DNA of 51,569 nucleotides from Atractiella rhizophila (Eukaryota): NCBI GenBank assembly GCA_021432655.1, contig MU271510.1, positions 1 to 51,569 of the forward strand, read 5' to 3'. Shown piece by piece: positions 36,601 to 51,569 of this stretch (position 1 is its first letter; each line of letters starts with the position of its first letter). The notes under the pieces were generated by a model. It saw only the letters and a program-made list of their open reading frames with translations, ran no database searches and was not told where the DNA came from. The position numbers and the translations under genes were made by a program.

Positions 36601-36973
36601 AGATGATTTCGACCACTTGTGTGTGCATCGTAGAGGTAAACAGAGAGGTGACGGAGAGCGTCAAAGACTGCCATATCTTCTCACCCGGCAACACAAGCGT
36701 GAATAAAGTCATGTCTACGCGGTTTGGAACGGGAGGACTAACAAAGCTCGTAGTACTGCTTGGGAGACAATACAGAAGTCCTCAGCTCCCCAAGCATGGT
36801 AGAAGCGCTTTTTAGAGCATCCATGAGCTGATCATTGTCCTTTACAACCCGAACTCCATCACCAACCCATTTCACACGTATGGAAGAGAGAGACGAACGA
36901 GACACCGTCGCATGAGCGCGAGCTGCACTTTTATTAGCTCCATAGAGGCTGACAGAACCTTTGGTTCCTCCAT
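33688..36973 (-). CDS. VPS35: Retromer subunit Vps35
   Basis: [83 protein letters not shown] and KLLKK. Confidence 0.97.
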
Positions 36974-37079
36974 TTTGCCAGCGAACACCGTCAAACAACT
37001 ATTATACTTCGTCCTCTTCTCGGTTTCTGCTGGAAGGGTGCTTGAGGGGCCACTTCTGCCAGATGAGGGGCCGCAAAGA

Positions 37080-37085
37080 ACGCGT
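37080..37085. promoter_or_regulatory. Putative MCB (ACGCGT) G1/S element upstream of ELG1
   Basis: Perfect ACGCGT about 65 nt before the ELG1 ATG, in the short divergent VPS35/ELG1 intergenic region. Confidence 0.35.
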
Positions 37086-37149
37086 CGAACTCGCTTATTG
37101 TGCAGCTTTCCGTTTGCGTCTGCTGCCTCTTTTATAATCAACGTGTATA

Positions 37150-40100
37150 ATGTCTACGACGCCAAAGTATTTCCCTATTTTCAGCAAACCTGCCACCGCC
37201 TCCGCATCCAGTTCGACCTCCAGTTTCGCCGATGCTGTCAACGACGCGAAGAAGCGGAAGCGTGCCACTGAGGAGGAAAGAGGGGACCAGAAAGCTAAGA
37301 AGAAGGTGAAATCTATAGATCATGTTAATGGTAGATCAGAGGAGTCAGCTTCAGAAGACTCGAGCAAGGGCGAAGCAAACCAGGATACGGCAGGTTCGTC
37401 TTTCCTCCTTCCGACAGGCGAAATGCAGGCGTAGCTTGTGTGCCTAGTGTTGATGGGGGTGTCGTAGGTATAGGCGGGATAGGCGGCAATAATGACGAAG
37501 AGGGAGCTTATAAGAAAAGCAGAAGCTACATACGGGCAACTGATGCTCACTCCCAAACAACAACCTCATTGGAGGCTGAAGCCGCTAAACATGACGAAAT
37601 TCGTGATGGTATCCACTTTACTCGCTTTCACGCACACTCTGACCCAAACTGGTAGACGCTCGCAGCATGTCTGTCATCTCAATACCACAACTTAGGCACA
37701 ACGGCACGGACAGAGACCCTTCCGTCATACCGCTGGATTCCGCCCCTTCAACAACAAGCCTAAGACGAAGCCCTTCTCCTATTCCTCCAGTCGCGACATC
37801 AAAAAACTTCTTCCCGCTTTTCTCAAAACCCGCTTCCAAGGCAAAGGCAGTATCCTCTATCCTTCCTACCCCTGCTGCTTCAAGTTACGACGACGTAATA
37901 TGCGTATCCTCTGATGAAGAGAGGAAGGAGGGAGAAGGGAGAAATGGGAAGGGGAAGGTAAAGTTAAAGAAGAAGAAGAATGTCGTCGTGCTGCATTCGC
38001 CTTCTCCCGCACCGCTCCCTTCACTTGCCGTTTCGATGAATACCTCGGACGCGAACAAGGGGGTCCAGTTTGGGTCGCTGGACCCACGTTGGCCAACCAT
38101 GGAAGAGCACGGGTATATTTTACCAACTTCACACAGTCCTGTCACCAGCGCTTTGAAGCCTTTTAACCTGAACACCCAACAGGATAACAAGGGAAAAGGT
38201 AGGGCAACGGCGCCGTCCCTTTCCTCCACCATCGACAGCAGCACAACACTCGAGCTACTCCAGTCGATGTGCACATTAAACTCAGATCCGCCACCACCCA
38301 ACTATCCTCAGCTCATTACCATTTCTTCTCCTCCTGTTCCTTCACATCCACCTCACCCTCTTCTCGATCGTCTGTCTTCAACCCTGTCCAAATCTGATTG
38401 CGCTCGCCCACCTCGGAAGGAGAAGGATACAGTGATGTGGACGGAGAAATACGCGCCGAAGAGAGCGGAGGAGATGATAGGGGAGATGGCTCAAGCTGGA
38501 GCTGTAGTTTTAAGGGACTGGTTGGAGCGCGTGAGCGTCAAGAGGACGGAAGTTTCTTGTCGTGAAGGCGATACAAGGAAAGGAAAGGGGAAGAAAAGGA
38601 AGAGCATGGAAGATGAAGAGATCACGAGAAGAGTGCAGCGGCCGAAGAAGAAGAAGAAGAGAACAGGAATGGCCGATTTTTTGGTTTCGGATTCTGAAAA
38701 TGCTCCTGACGGCATTGATGGCGCTGATCCCTCATCTCAAGACGTACTGACAAATCTTATCCTGCTGGAAGGGCCGACTGGAAGCGGGAAAAGCGCTGCT
38801 GTCAGAGCGGTAGCTCAAGAGTTGGAGTGGGAAATCTTCGAAGTTTGGCCTGGAATGGAGAGAGGGAGGAAGGAATTGGAGAAGGCAGTTGGGGAGGTGG
38901 GCAGAAATCATCAGGTCTCAGGAATGAATTCTACCAAAAATCAAGCTGGCAACGCGTTCAGTAGACTTATGGGAGGGACGTCGACCAAAACGATAGTGGT
39001 GCTTGATGATGAAGAGGTTGAGTCGGCGAATGCAGGAAAGAAGAAGGCGAAGTTTAAGCAGAGCTTGATCCTCCTTGAAGAAGTAGATATTCTCTTCAAG
39101 GACGACAAGGAGTTCTGGCCAGCAGTCGTCGATCTGGTAGGAAACAGTCTGCGGCCAGTAGTGATGACATGTAACGGTGCGCCACGATAACCTACTTCAA
39201 TCACACTGACCCGATGCTTTGACATTTAGATGCGTCTCTCATCCCTGCTGATACACTGCCTATCCAGACAATCCTCCACTTCCCGTCTACACCTCCCGAC
39301 CACTCCATGCACCTGCTACGACTCGTCGCACTCTCGGAAGGGCACATTGTCCCAGATGCAGAACTCGCAATGCTTGCAGAATACGGAGATCTGAGGAAGG
39401 CGTTGACTGAGCTCCAGTATCGATGTCAATGGGCAATGGGAGATACCATGGGTGGTCTGGGATGGATGGCAATTGATGAGAAGAGAGAAGGATTGGAGTT
39501 TAGCAGTGGTAGCATTTTGCCTGTGCGAGGGGATGATTCGGCGAATGCGAATATGGATGTCAGCTTTAAGGACCTGACTTCTACGTTAGAGAGGAAAAGT
39601 GTTGCTGACGCATACTTTGGGTGGGATTTTGAGGAAGTGGAAGAGGTCCGTTTTCCCAGTTAGTTCCTTGCCGCTGTCTCAAGTCAGATGTAGATGTGCG
39701 TAGACAGCGCTAATGTTCACAATCTGAATGTGGTCGAACATCGAGACGACATCCTCATTCCCAACGCAACAGCATTACCTCGACAATTACGCTTTCCTCT
39801 TGCAACGCCAATCTTACCTTCCTATTCACGAAACACTGAGATTGCCTCATGCTTCTCCTCTGTATCTAAATACTCGCCTGATCTGTCAGCGGCTCAATCT
39901 TCTTTCGAAGACCTCGATGCCGTCATTCGCTTTCCTCTTCTCGACGAAGGGGAAGAATATCCGCATCGGCTCAAGCTATACGATACAGTCATATTCACCG
40001 AATACCTCCCCTTCATACGTTCCATTATCCTTGCGGATGACATGAATGAATCTCAATCGGCTACCAATGTGTTACCGAATGAAACGCTGGGAAGAAGGAG

Positions 40101-40212
40101 CCGAAGGATTGCAACGCGCGAGAAGGGTGGTGGAAGACATTTGTTTTGGACTTCTAGATGGACAGAGGAGATGGGAGAGCGTGTTAAGAATAGTGGTTTT
40201 GATCTTGGGTAA
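37150..40212 (+). CDS. ELG1: Elg1/ATAD5 RFC-like PCNA unloader large subunit
   Basis: WTEKYAPKRAEE, Walker A GPTGSGKSAAVRAVAQELEWEIFEV, SLILLEEVDILFKDDKEFW, RPVVMTCN and DLRKALTELQYRCQ. Confidence 0.88.
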
Positions 40213-40562
40213 CAACGGAGCGATACAATACAAATACTGACATTAATCCTCTCCACTGCAACTTCAATCCATTCTCAGCCTGCATTGCTGCTTCTGCTAT
40301 TGTAGTGGTGGATGTAATGTTTCAAGCAGCAAACCAGTGCTATCAAGTCCAAATCGGGCTGTTGATTATGTGCACTTTGAACACGGACCATGGATTGTCG
40401 CTCATTGAAGTTGAAAGGTTGGAAGCAGCAAGAGCAAATAATAGCTAGTTGTCATGTTCACGTCTCTTGTGATGCTCTTTATTATGTCTCCACAACTTTA
40501 AGGGATCGGATATTGTCAGTCTAATATCACTTCCCATTAATCATTAATCGCGTATAAAATAA

Positions 40563-42533
40563 TTAATTGGCCACACGATGTAAAGCAATTCTCCTTTCCA
40601 ATACTCCCTCCACCGCCTTCGCCACCACCTCCGCTCCCTTCTCCACCTCCATCCTCTTCAACGCCGACGAAACACAAATCCTAATACTAGGTGGGACCTC
40701 AATCGCCTCCTGGCTCCACACGCGTGTGACCCTATTGACGAGAACGCCGTCACGGGCACATTCGTCCATTATCTCCTTCAAAACCACATCTTGTTCCTCT
40801 GGTTCCAGCACGATATTGGAGCTGAGGTAGGGGAGGATGTTGATCGTGATGAGGGGTGAAGAAGGGGAAGAGGGTATATGGATGCCTTTAATCTTATCCA
40901 GACGTCGACGGAGCACTTTTGTGTTTTCGGCTAAATTGAGAAGAGGATGTCTCTCCCCTTCATTCCTCTCTTCCTCGTACGGGGAGATGCTGAGCAATTT
41001 TAGAGCCTCGCTAGCGCAAGCTGCGAGGAGTGGAGGGAGAGAAGCGGAGAAGACATAGGCTGGAGAATTGATCCGTTGATGAGTCGTCACGTCCAGGGAA
41101 CCGGCGCAGAAACCTCCGCAGGAAGCAAAAGAGGTGGAGAGAGAACCGACTATTATCTCTACCTCGCTAGCTGGGACGCCCGTAAGCTCTGTGATTCCAC
41201 GACCGGTCTTGCCAAGAATACCAAAGGACCAGGATTCGTCGAGGATGAGACGGTATTTGTATTTACGCTTCAGCTCCATCTATATGTCGTTGGCATAGTG
41301 TGAGATCTGTCCCATCAGAGGAGAGGAAAGGGGACGAACGATTCTAGGTAGATCGCAGAAAGAGCCGTCGTTCTCAAACACTCCCTCAGTGATGATGAAT
41401 TTTCTCGTCAAAGGGCGTTTATATCTCTTTTCCTCCTTAACGACGCCTTCAAGCGTCCTTTCGAGCGAATCCATATCGTTGTGATCGTACCACCGGATAT
41501 TGCTCCTACTGATCTCGATTCCCTTTTGAAGTGCGAATTTGACGCCTCGATCAGCGACGATTACATCTCCTCGTTTGGCGAAGGAGGCGATGACAGAGGA
41601 GACGCAGGTGAAACCTTGAGGGTAGATGATGGAAGATTGGACGCCTAAGAAAGTAGCGAGGTCTCTTTCGAGCTCCATGTGCACGTCAAACATGCCATAG
41701 AATCCTGCCATCGTTCATTCAACTTTACTACTCTCTTCTCTTCCAGAAGAAAAGGTAGACGTACCAGCTGGGCCACAGCTTCCCACTCCATACCTTCTCG
41801 CACACTCTACCGCCTTCTCTCTGATCCTCTCGTTACCCGCCAATCCTCCAAAGTTGGCGCTGGCCAGATTAATCACCTCTTTCACCTCGCAAGTTGCGAG
41901 CTCGTCCTTGTCTCCGTTCGCCTTATCGATGGGTCGAAAGATGGACTTGGTGGGAAAGATGACCTTCATTCGGGTAGAAAGAGAGTCCATGATGATCGGA
42001 GGCTCGCTGATGGAGTCGTCTGGCATCATGAGCGGTTCTGGCTTCCATTCTTCCACTAGCTCGTCAATGTCCTACGTTCGAAATATTAAGAAATTTGAGG
42101 TAACATTGAAGTAATGGAGAGTGACATACGGCGTCGGTCAGCGGCACTAGGTCCTTTCCACTCCGGTCCTTGTGCCTTTTCCGGCTTTGACGCCAGGTGC
42201 GAATGATGAAGTAGACGAGAGCAGCTTCGAGGATAGTTCTAAAGGGCTATTCCCGCACCACTGTCAGCGCCGAAACTCAAACATGATCAAAGTCATCCAT
42301 GCAAGCCTTTCCCTTTTCTCTCCGATAACATAAAGAATACATACATCATTTTGATGAGAAGCCACAATATACCTCCACAATATTCCACTCCCGGGCACTT
42401 TGTTTTGAAAGTCTACCAAAAGAGAGAGGGTCGAGTTGTAGTAGGACAAAAAGGCTGCGAGAGGTGCGACGAGGGGAATGACGCGAGGATCGTATGTTTC
42501 TTCTGGGGAGGGAGAGGTGAAATTAAGAGACAT
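40563..42533 (-). CDS. LCB1: Serine palmitoyltransferase subunit 1
   Basis: YIVASHQND, EEWKPEPL, NLASANF, YGVGSCGP|AGFYGMFDVH, KYKYRLILDESWSFGILGKTGRG and YVFSASLPP. Confidence 0.95.
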
Positions 42534-42744
42534 TTTGAGTATTGTATGCTGATTACTGGTTACTTATCTCAAGGAAGGTCGTCGTTCGGCTTACTTGGTT
42601 TATTGTATTTCGGTGCCGTTCACAAACGACGATTTCAAGATTCAAGAACCAGCAGTTATTTTGCAGAATTTTTAGGAGTGGTCATAGATATTTTATTCTT
42701 TGCATACGCATAGGCATAGACATAATATCAGTCAAGGCAGTAAA

Positions 42745-44956
42745 ATGTCTTCCCTTGGCATTCCAACACACAACTATCCACTCACGACCACCTCCAAGAA
42801 ACGACTTCCCTACGCCCCACCTCGCACGCCCACCTACGACCCGACCTCTCCGAGCACCTCGTCGCATCCGCACTCTCTGCCCTACAACTCTTCATCCAAC
42901 GAACCAACCGAGTCTTCCTACTTCCTCTCTTCCCCTTCTGACCCTGCACCGAACCCCAACATCCCCTCCCTACGCGCATCTCCAACATCCACCCCGCTCT
43001 CGCTTCTCTCCCGTCTCTTCCGCAAACGCTTGCACCCTCTGTCGTTAATACCCGCCTTCATACTAGGCTTGTTAGCCGTCTCCCTGCTAGGACAGGGAGA
43101 GGCTCAGAACTTGCGATTCGAGGTTGGAGGGGTTGGGTTCTCACTGGGTAGCGGTGGTGGAGGAGCAGGAGGAGGTCAAGGTGGGGAGGAATACGTGCAC
43201 CATGCGAGTGGACACGTGTTTTGGAACGGAAAGGGAAGGCATCCCATCTTCGGATTGGTCGCCAATGCGAGTCAAGCTTGGGATTTGAAGGTCAGAAGGC
43301 AGAGTAAGACGTTGGACCAAGCGGTGAGAGAATACATCAAGAGGAATGGGAGACGTCCACCCAAAGGGTTTGCTGAGTGGTGAGCCTCTCCATATTCATA
43401 CAGTCAAGGTGGCAAGTGCTGAGGAGACGGTGTTGAGAGGTTCAACTTTGCGAAACAAAATAATATCGTGCTCATAGATGAATACACCCAAATCGCACGA
43501 GACGTCCATCCTTTCCTCTCTCTTCCACCCGCTTTACTCCAAAAGCGCTCAGAGCAGGTGCAAAACGAGCAGTACACCTTCACCCTCAACGTTCCGGAAG
43601 ACAAAAAGGCGGAAGTTACCATCACTGGAAACCGGAGGGAGCTAGCGAGGGCCAAGGACTTGAAAGATCTCATGAAGAGATGGGTCAAGTACGTCCCAGG
43701 GGGAGTCAAGCTGACGATGACGGAACACGATGGACCGTCGGTATTGTTGGACTCTGCGCAGAAGGAGCGAATGTCCCAAGCAGCGCGAGAAGGACGTTGT
43801 GCGTCTACTCCTCTTCCCTTCTACGAAACAAGCAATCTGATTTGAAAATAAATACTAGTGCTGGCTGAGTCTGATTGGGAGAGAAAAGATGACGATGTAA
43901 CTCAATGGGGGTTCAACCTCGCCTGTCCTCCCTCCTCCCGCCTGCGACGCGCTTACGATGGCCTGGAGAGCGGAGACGTTCTTCCTCGCGGACAATCATT
44001 CGTTTCAGACCAAGTTAAAGCGATGGACCTATGCCAAAACCCGGAATGGCAAATGTTGCACGGCTTCACCTCTTGGAAAGGACCTCGACCCGCTCTCTCT
44101 CGACCTCTATTCACAATGTCCAAGATGAGCCTGCACTCCGACATCCTCGTTCCGCCTCTGGAACAGTATCGAGACTTGGCGAGAACGGATACTGCGTGGG
44201 AGGAGAAGACCAGGAATACCACTTTCGTTTGGAGAGGTAGCACCACCGGCGTCTGGTTCAACCGAGATACTCGTTGGCGTTCGTCTCAGCGTATGCGTCT
44301 TTATTGGATGAAGACCGACCCGAATCCTCGACCTGTCACCTTCCTCTCATCCGATGGGTCGACGCGGAGAGAGAATGTGCCGACGAAGGAGTTGATGGAG
44401 AGATATGCCGATTTCGCATTTTCGGGACTCATGGCTCAATGCGATGAAGATGGGACTTGTAAAGCCGTGAAGGAGTTGATTAAGTGGGAAGAGAAGGGTA
44501 TGATTTGGGATGAACAGAATTGGTACAAGTTTCAATTGGACGTGGATGGTAATGCTTGGTCTGGACGCTTTCATCGTCTTTTGAGTTCCAATTCTGCCAT
44601 CATCAAAAGCACCATTTTCCCAGAATGGTTCGTCTGCCTCTGCTTTCATACGAAATAAAGGTACATGAGGCTGAATACATGCGAACAGGTATACAGATCG
44701 CATTCAACCTTGGTTACACTTCATTCCCCTCAAAGTAGATTATTCCGACCTCTTCGACATCATGGCCTTCTTCAACGGCGACATGGATGGAAAAGGAGGG
44801 AGGGATGACATGGCGAAGAAGATAGGGGAAGAAGGGAAGAAGTGGGCGAGGGAACATTGGAGGTGGGAGGATATGGAGGCTTATTTCTTCTTGTTGACTT
44901 TGGAATGGGCGAGAGTGATGGCGGATGATAGAAGCGCTTTCGACTTCAAAGGCTAG
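42745..44956 (+). CDS. Glycosyltransferase family 90 (CAP10/CXT1-like beta-1,2-xylosyltransferase)
   Basis: Type II membrane anchor; HPIFGLV..A...W, RQSKTLDQAVREYIKRNGRRPPKGFAEW, WRGSTTG, YKFQLDVDGNAWSGRFHRLL and HWRWEDMEAY. Confidence 0.92.
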
Positions 44957-45496
44957 CAGGTTCGTTAGGACTTTCTGTTTCCTGGTAGAGCAGGGTTTGT
45001 TTCTCAACGGACTTTTCTGGGCGACGGGTTTATGCTTCGTTTTTTTGCATTCTTTACTTCGCAACCGTTAATATTCATCCAAAAATCGAACTGCAATTCC
45101 CTGCAATGGTCGTATTCATTGTCACTCCAGGATGTTAATTTTTCCTCTGCTAGCGATCTGTTTTCTGAGCTGACACATCTGGACATCTCGCCAGCAATCT
45201 CAACCCAGCTTTAGGCGCCTATCTGGATGGTCTATTAGACTCACGATTCAGTACTCGGTACTCAGCGTTCATTATCAACCCATTGTGATGTCTTGATGAA
45301 GGAACAAAGAGTGGACAAAAGGTCGATGCAGAGACATGGACGAAAATATAGTGATTCAACAGTTATTGATAGCATTTTGGCAGAATAACACACGCGAGGC
45401 GAAGTAATGTGAAACACCAATCATGGAGAGAGAGCTAGAAGCCCCTATTGTGCTACCTACGACACAACGTCCAATGAGTTTTCAATGGAAGGAGGA

Positions 45497-47597
45497 TCAC
45501 ATCGAGGAGAACGCGAGGCCAAGTGCCATCGCCAATCCAGTCCAACTTGTTCGTAACATACTGGCCGGCGATCCGCCACCGCCATCGGCAGAGCCACTTG
45601 ATCCGTCACGGTTGCAAGAGAAATTATTGGTCGAAACAGATCCATTGGCAGAGGTGACGTTTGATCCGCCCAAACACGTCCCCTAAATCCACATCACCTC
45701 CGACTTCTTGACTTCTTAATGAGGAGGCTTACATTAGCTGCTACTGCTCGCATTGCCCAGTTCTGAGGGAGCTGTCCGTATGGGAAGGAAGTTTCGAAGC
45801 CTCCTGAGGGAGAAGAGGCAAAGGTTGCGAAATCGCTGCCATCTGTGGAGTTGCCACCCCAAGCCTCCCATTCTGAAATATCGGTAGCACCCAGCCAACT
45901 GACGTAAAAGGTAAATGCAGATGTGTTGTATGTTGCGTTCGGAAAGGTGGTAGGTGTTGCGGTCCAGTTTGTCAGGCTCTTGAAGGTTCGATAAGAAGCT
46001 GGGTTGTTTGTCGGTGCTTCGAGCGAGGCAAAATGGACGTGGTAAAGTACTGTGCCATTCCTTTCATTGAAAATAGTTAGAAACTTGGCCACAAAGTGAG
46101 ACAATGACGGCGCACGAGGCAAATTCGGTGAAGTATGGGCCTACAACTCGGACATTAAAGTGGAATAGTTCGAAACGGATCGCCAATACGTACGGGCACC
46201 CCATCCAATAAACACATTTCCATTCGGAAGGACCTATCATTTTTCTCAATGCCAATTCGCCTTTATTCGAGAGACGAACCTGCATGCTTCCCTGACTTTC
46301 ACTGACGTTGTTATATGGGGGAATATACTCTTGGACAAGCGTAACCGTCATAGCCGTCTCGTCTACATCCAAAATGATGCCCCTTGCAGTTGGTTCGTCT
46401 GGATCACCACCTCCAATCGCATTATCGAAAAGACTCATCTGTCCGTTGTCCATCCACCTTGCGTCATGTTGGAAGTAGAAAGTGCTGCCGTTTCCCATTT
46501 GAAAGTCTGACTGCTTTCCATTCAATCGCCAAAGTACGGAACCATCTGTGTGCGAGACTTTATAGATAGCTGAAGGGCCGCGCATTGATATGAGGTAATC
46601 GCCTTTGGAATCTTTGTCCACCCTACGACTGGATTAAACGCGGACTGGTGAGGTAGGAAAAGAGGGACGAACGAATTAATGTGACAGCTTCGTCAGTGCA
46701 GAAATTAGCTCTTCCTTGATTCAGAAAGATATTGAACCCACTAATCATAAGCTGCGTCCCATGTTCAATTTCATCCAGAATAGAAATGAAAAACGGACGA
46801 TCATCCTGCGACGTTCCTCCTCCATTCAAGCTAAAATATGATTCACTGATGTTGATGTGCTCCAGGCTTCTCCACTCGAAAATGGACTGGTTCCTAGTTA
46901 GGTCCACCTCCTGGAAAACACAATCCCAAGTCCATCCGTCTGTTGGGCCGCCGACTGAGCTCAGGTCTACTTGTGTTACTCTCCATGAGATGGGAACAAC
47001 GGTGTTGTCGGACGTTATTCGAAATTCCTGATGGTCCTTCAGATAAATGCAAATGGAAAGAAACAAGGGACGAACATGGAAGTCAGCGCTGGCATATGAG
47101 GTTCCGTTGAGCATCCCCACTTCATGCAGAATATTATAATTTTGGTCGAGAATGCTTTTTAGGTGTCGTCAGCTTACCCGTTCTGTGCAAGGAGGAAAGA
47201 GGACATACTAGTTCAGGCCATTTCCATACCCCACGGTCGATACAGTTCCATTCCAAAAGGTGAGAACTTGCTGTCCATTGAACATCTGTGTCTGAACATT
47301 GAACGGGGCTAAGATGCTCTCTTCTGAAGCCCAAATCATGCTTCCGTTCTCCCTCATTACCAACGCCAGAGGATGCGGCGTATTCCCTCCCATATAACTC
47401 ATCAGAATCGGGGCTTTGTAGGTGGCATCCGCGGCCTCCGTAAGGATATTGAACTGAGGAGGCTCCTTTGAAGAAGTGTAGAAGGTCTGAGTAGGATTCA
47501 GACCCATGCCCCCTGATTCGTAGGATTCTGAACCGATGGAAACCGAGTCGGCTCGCGCATGATAGAAGAATAGGAGGAGCTCCAGAGCAAAAATCAT
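45497..47597 (-). CDS. Secreted arylsulfotransferase-like (ASST) protein with a possible GPI anchor
   Basis: Signal peptide MIFALELLLFFYHARA; VDKDSKGDYLISMR, WRLNGKQSDF, FYFQHDARW, SLFDNA, SQGSMQ, SYRTFK and YVSWLGAT; hydrophobic C-terminal tail after a Ser/Gly spacer. Confidence 0.88.
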
Positions 47598-48201
47598 GTC
47601 GTGTTCCACTGAATTCGAAGCCGTTAACTTGGAGCTCAAGTAGCAGAGGAGAACTGCCTGGGATATTTATGACCTCTCCCTTCTTTTATTTGAATTCACT
47701 TGCGACGCATATGGTCGCTTCTGGTCATGAAACTGACGAAAGAAAACGAAAGAAGCCGCAAACGTCACTCCTGAACGCAGTACGGAATCTGTGTGCTCCA
47801 CCGGCGGGGACGTTCTTTTCTGCGGATGTCACTGCCACTGGCATGCTCGCTGCTCAACGTAAACGTGTTCGATAGCCAGTATTGCTGGGTGCTGGGTGAG
47901 ACAGCACCAGAGCAGTCATGGTCAACAAGTGCAAGAGTCCCGCCAGCCCAAACATCGCGAAAGGAAAGGATGCGGCAAGGTCCTTATTAATTCTAACCAC
48001 AACCACAGAGTGGGAGATGACTACAGGTGCAAGGGCTCAATGTGATTTCGAAACTATTTGGTGTAGGTGTAATAACAAGAAACTAAGCATATATGTGATT
48101 GCTCGAGGCGACAGCAACCAATTTATTTGAGGAGAGAAGAATTTAGGACGGGGTTGGAAAGCACGAATTTTACAGGACATGACTCCGGAATGTAGAGAAT
48201 T

Positions 48202-50603
<2,402 letters not shown>

Positions 50604-50694
50604 ATTGTTGCGAGAAAAATAGAAAGTGGCAAAAAAATGTGACACGAAACGGTTGGTGGTGGTCGCGAAAAGTGAGAAAGAACAATGTTCATTG

Positions 50695-50706
50695 CCCTAA
50701 CCCTAA
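50695..50706 (+). repeat. Interstitial telomere-type repeat (CCCTAA)2 in the SUB2/RING divergent promoter
   Basis: CCCTAACCCTAA read directly; CGCGAAA at 50664-50670 nearby. Confidence 0.6.
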
Positions 50707-50770
50707 ATCCAGTCACACCCGCGACCTTCACAAAGGCTGAACCTCACTGAACTTGATTCCATTCCAACCA

Positions 50771-51569
50771 ATGCCTAAACGCCCTCGAGCTGCTTCAGTG
50801 GCATCTTCGACCTCTCCTCCCACTCTTTCTACACTGCCGAAACTTCGAAAAAAATCTCGAAAACGACGCAAAACCACAGTCGAGACAACACCTGCCACTT
50901 CCGACAAGACCACCACTGAAACTACACCACCTACATCGGAAGAGAACGCGGTGGCGGTGGTTGCGTTGGAAAAGAGTATAGATAAGAAGGGAAAAAGGAA
51001 ATCTAAAAATCAGGAGAGCTTACCATCGCTGGATGAGGCAGCCATGCCAGTCAAGGATGAAGCTGAGCCCAACGAGCTTCAAAAGGAGGTTTCAGACCTC
51101 AAAGCAGAAGTGGAAAGGTTGAAGAAAGAGATGGGTACGAAGAATGAGGTGCGTATTCTCTTATCCGTTTATGGAGTGAAGTGACAGTAATGATGGCTCG
51201 ACGAAGGTTCTCCATAAGCAAACCACGCTTCTTGCAAATCTGCAAACCACCCTCAACTGCCCAATTTGTCTTGAGGTCTTGGTTCGCCCTCACGCTTTAA
51301 CATGTGGCCACATCTTTTGCGCGTCCTGCCTGTCACAATGGTTTCATCGTTCCTCTTCTCGTCCCGGAACCCCGGATGAAAATGGGCGACAACGCGTTAA
51401 CCGGAAACGTAATCTCATCTGTCCATCCTGCCGTGCACAATGTCACAAATACCCACCTCTCAAACTGCCCCTCCTCATTGATCTTGCCCACACCTTACGT
51501 CCCCATCGGGGCAACCCTCTTCTAGGTGGTGACCTGGCGGATGTTGGAGAAGGACAGGATGGAGAGGAG
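50771..51569 (+). CDS. RING-finger (C3HC4) E3 ligase with an N-terminal coiled coil; runs off the window end
   Basis: Exon 1 MPKRPRAAS...KEVSDLKAEVERLKKE; exon 2 LNCPICLEVLVRPHALTCGHIFCASCLSQWF...ICPSCRA. Confidence 0.85.

Overview
Gene-dense fungal genomic DNA with short (~50 nt) spliceosomal introns; it looks like a basidiomycete (tentative, judged from protein style only). It holds about 21 protein-coding genes. Most are housekeeping: MET30/SCON-2 F-box WD40, HIRAN-SNF2-RING helicase, AP-complex beta subunit, PPTase, NPT1, RRM protein, TPT-family transporter, TGL2-like lipase, VPS35, ELG1, LCB1, GT90/CAP10, ASST-like protein, SUB2 and a RING E3. Two accessory islands stand out. (1) At 25.3-33.3 kb there are two tandem head-to-head gene pairs (A<-->B, A'<-->B'). 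All four proteins share an unrecognised Cys/His domain, paralogues have matching exon structures, and the two bidirectional promoters share colinear motifs. The layout resembles HD1/HD2 mating-type loci but no homeodomain is visible. (2) At 5.7-8.0 kb an AbiEii-like nucleotidyltransferase is paired head-to-head with an apparently degenerate NTase-fold gene. Two very long introns (849 nt in MET30, carrying a cluster of CYS-3/MetR-type bZIP sites, and 655 nt in SUB2) suggest intron-based autoregulation. All gene models were spliced by eye; no database searches were run.
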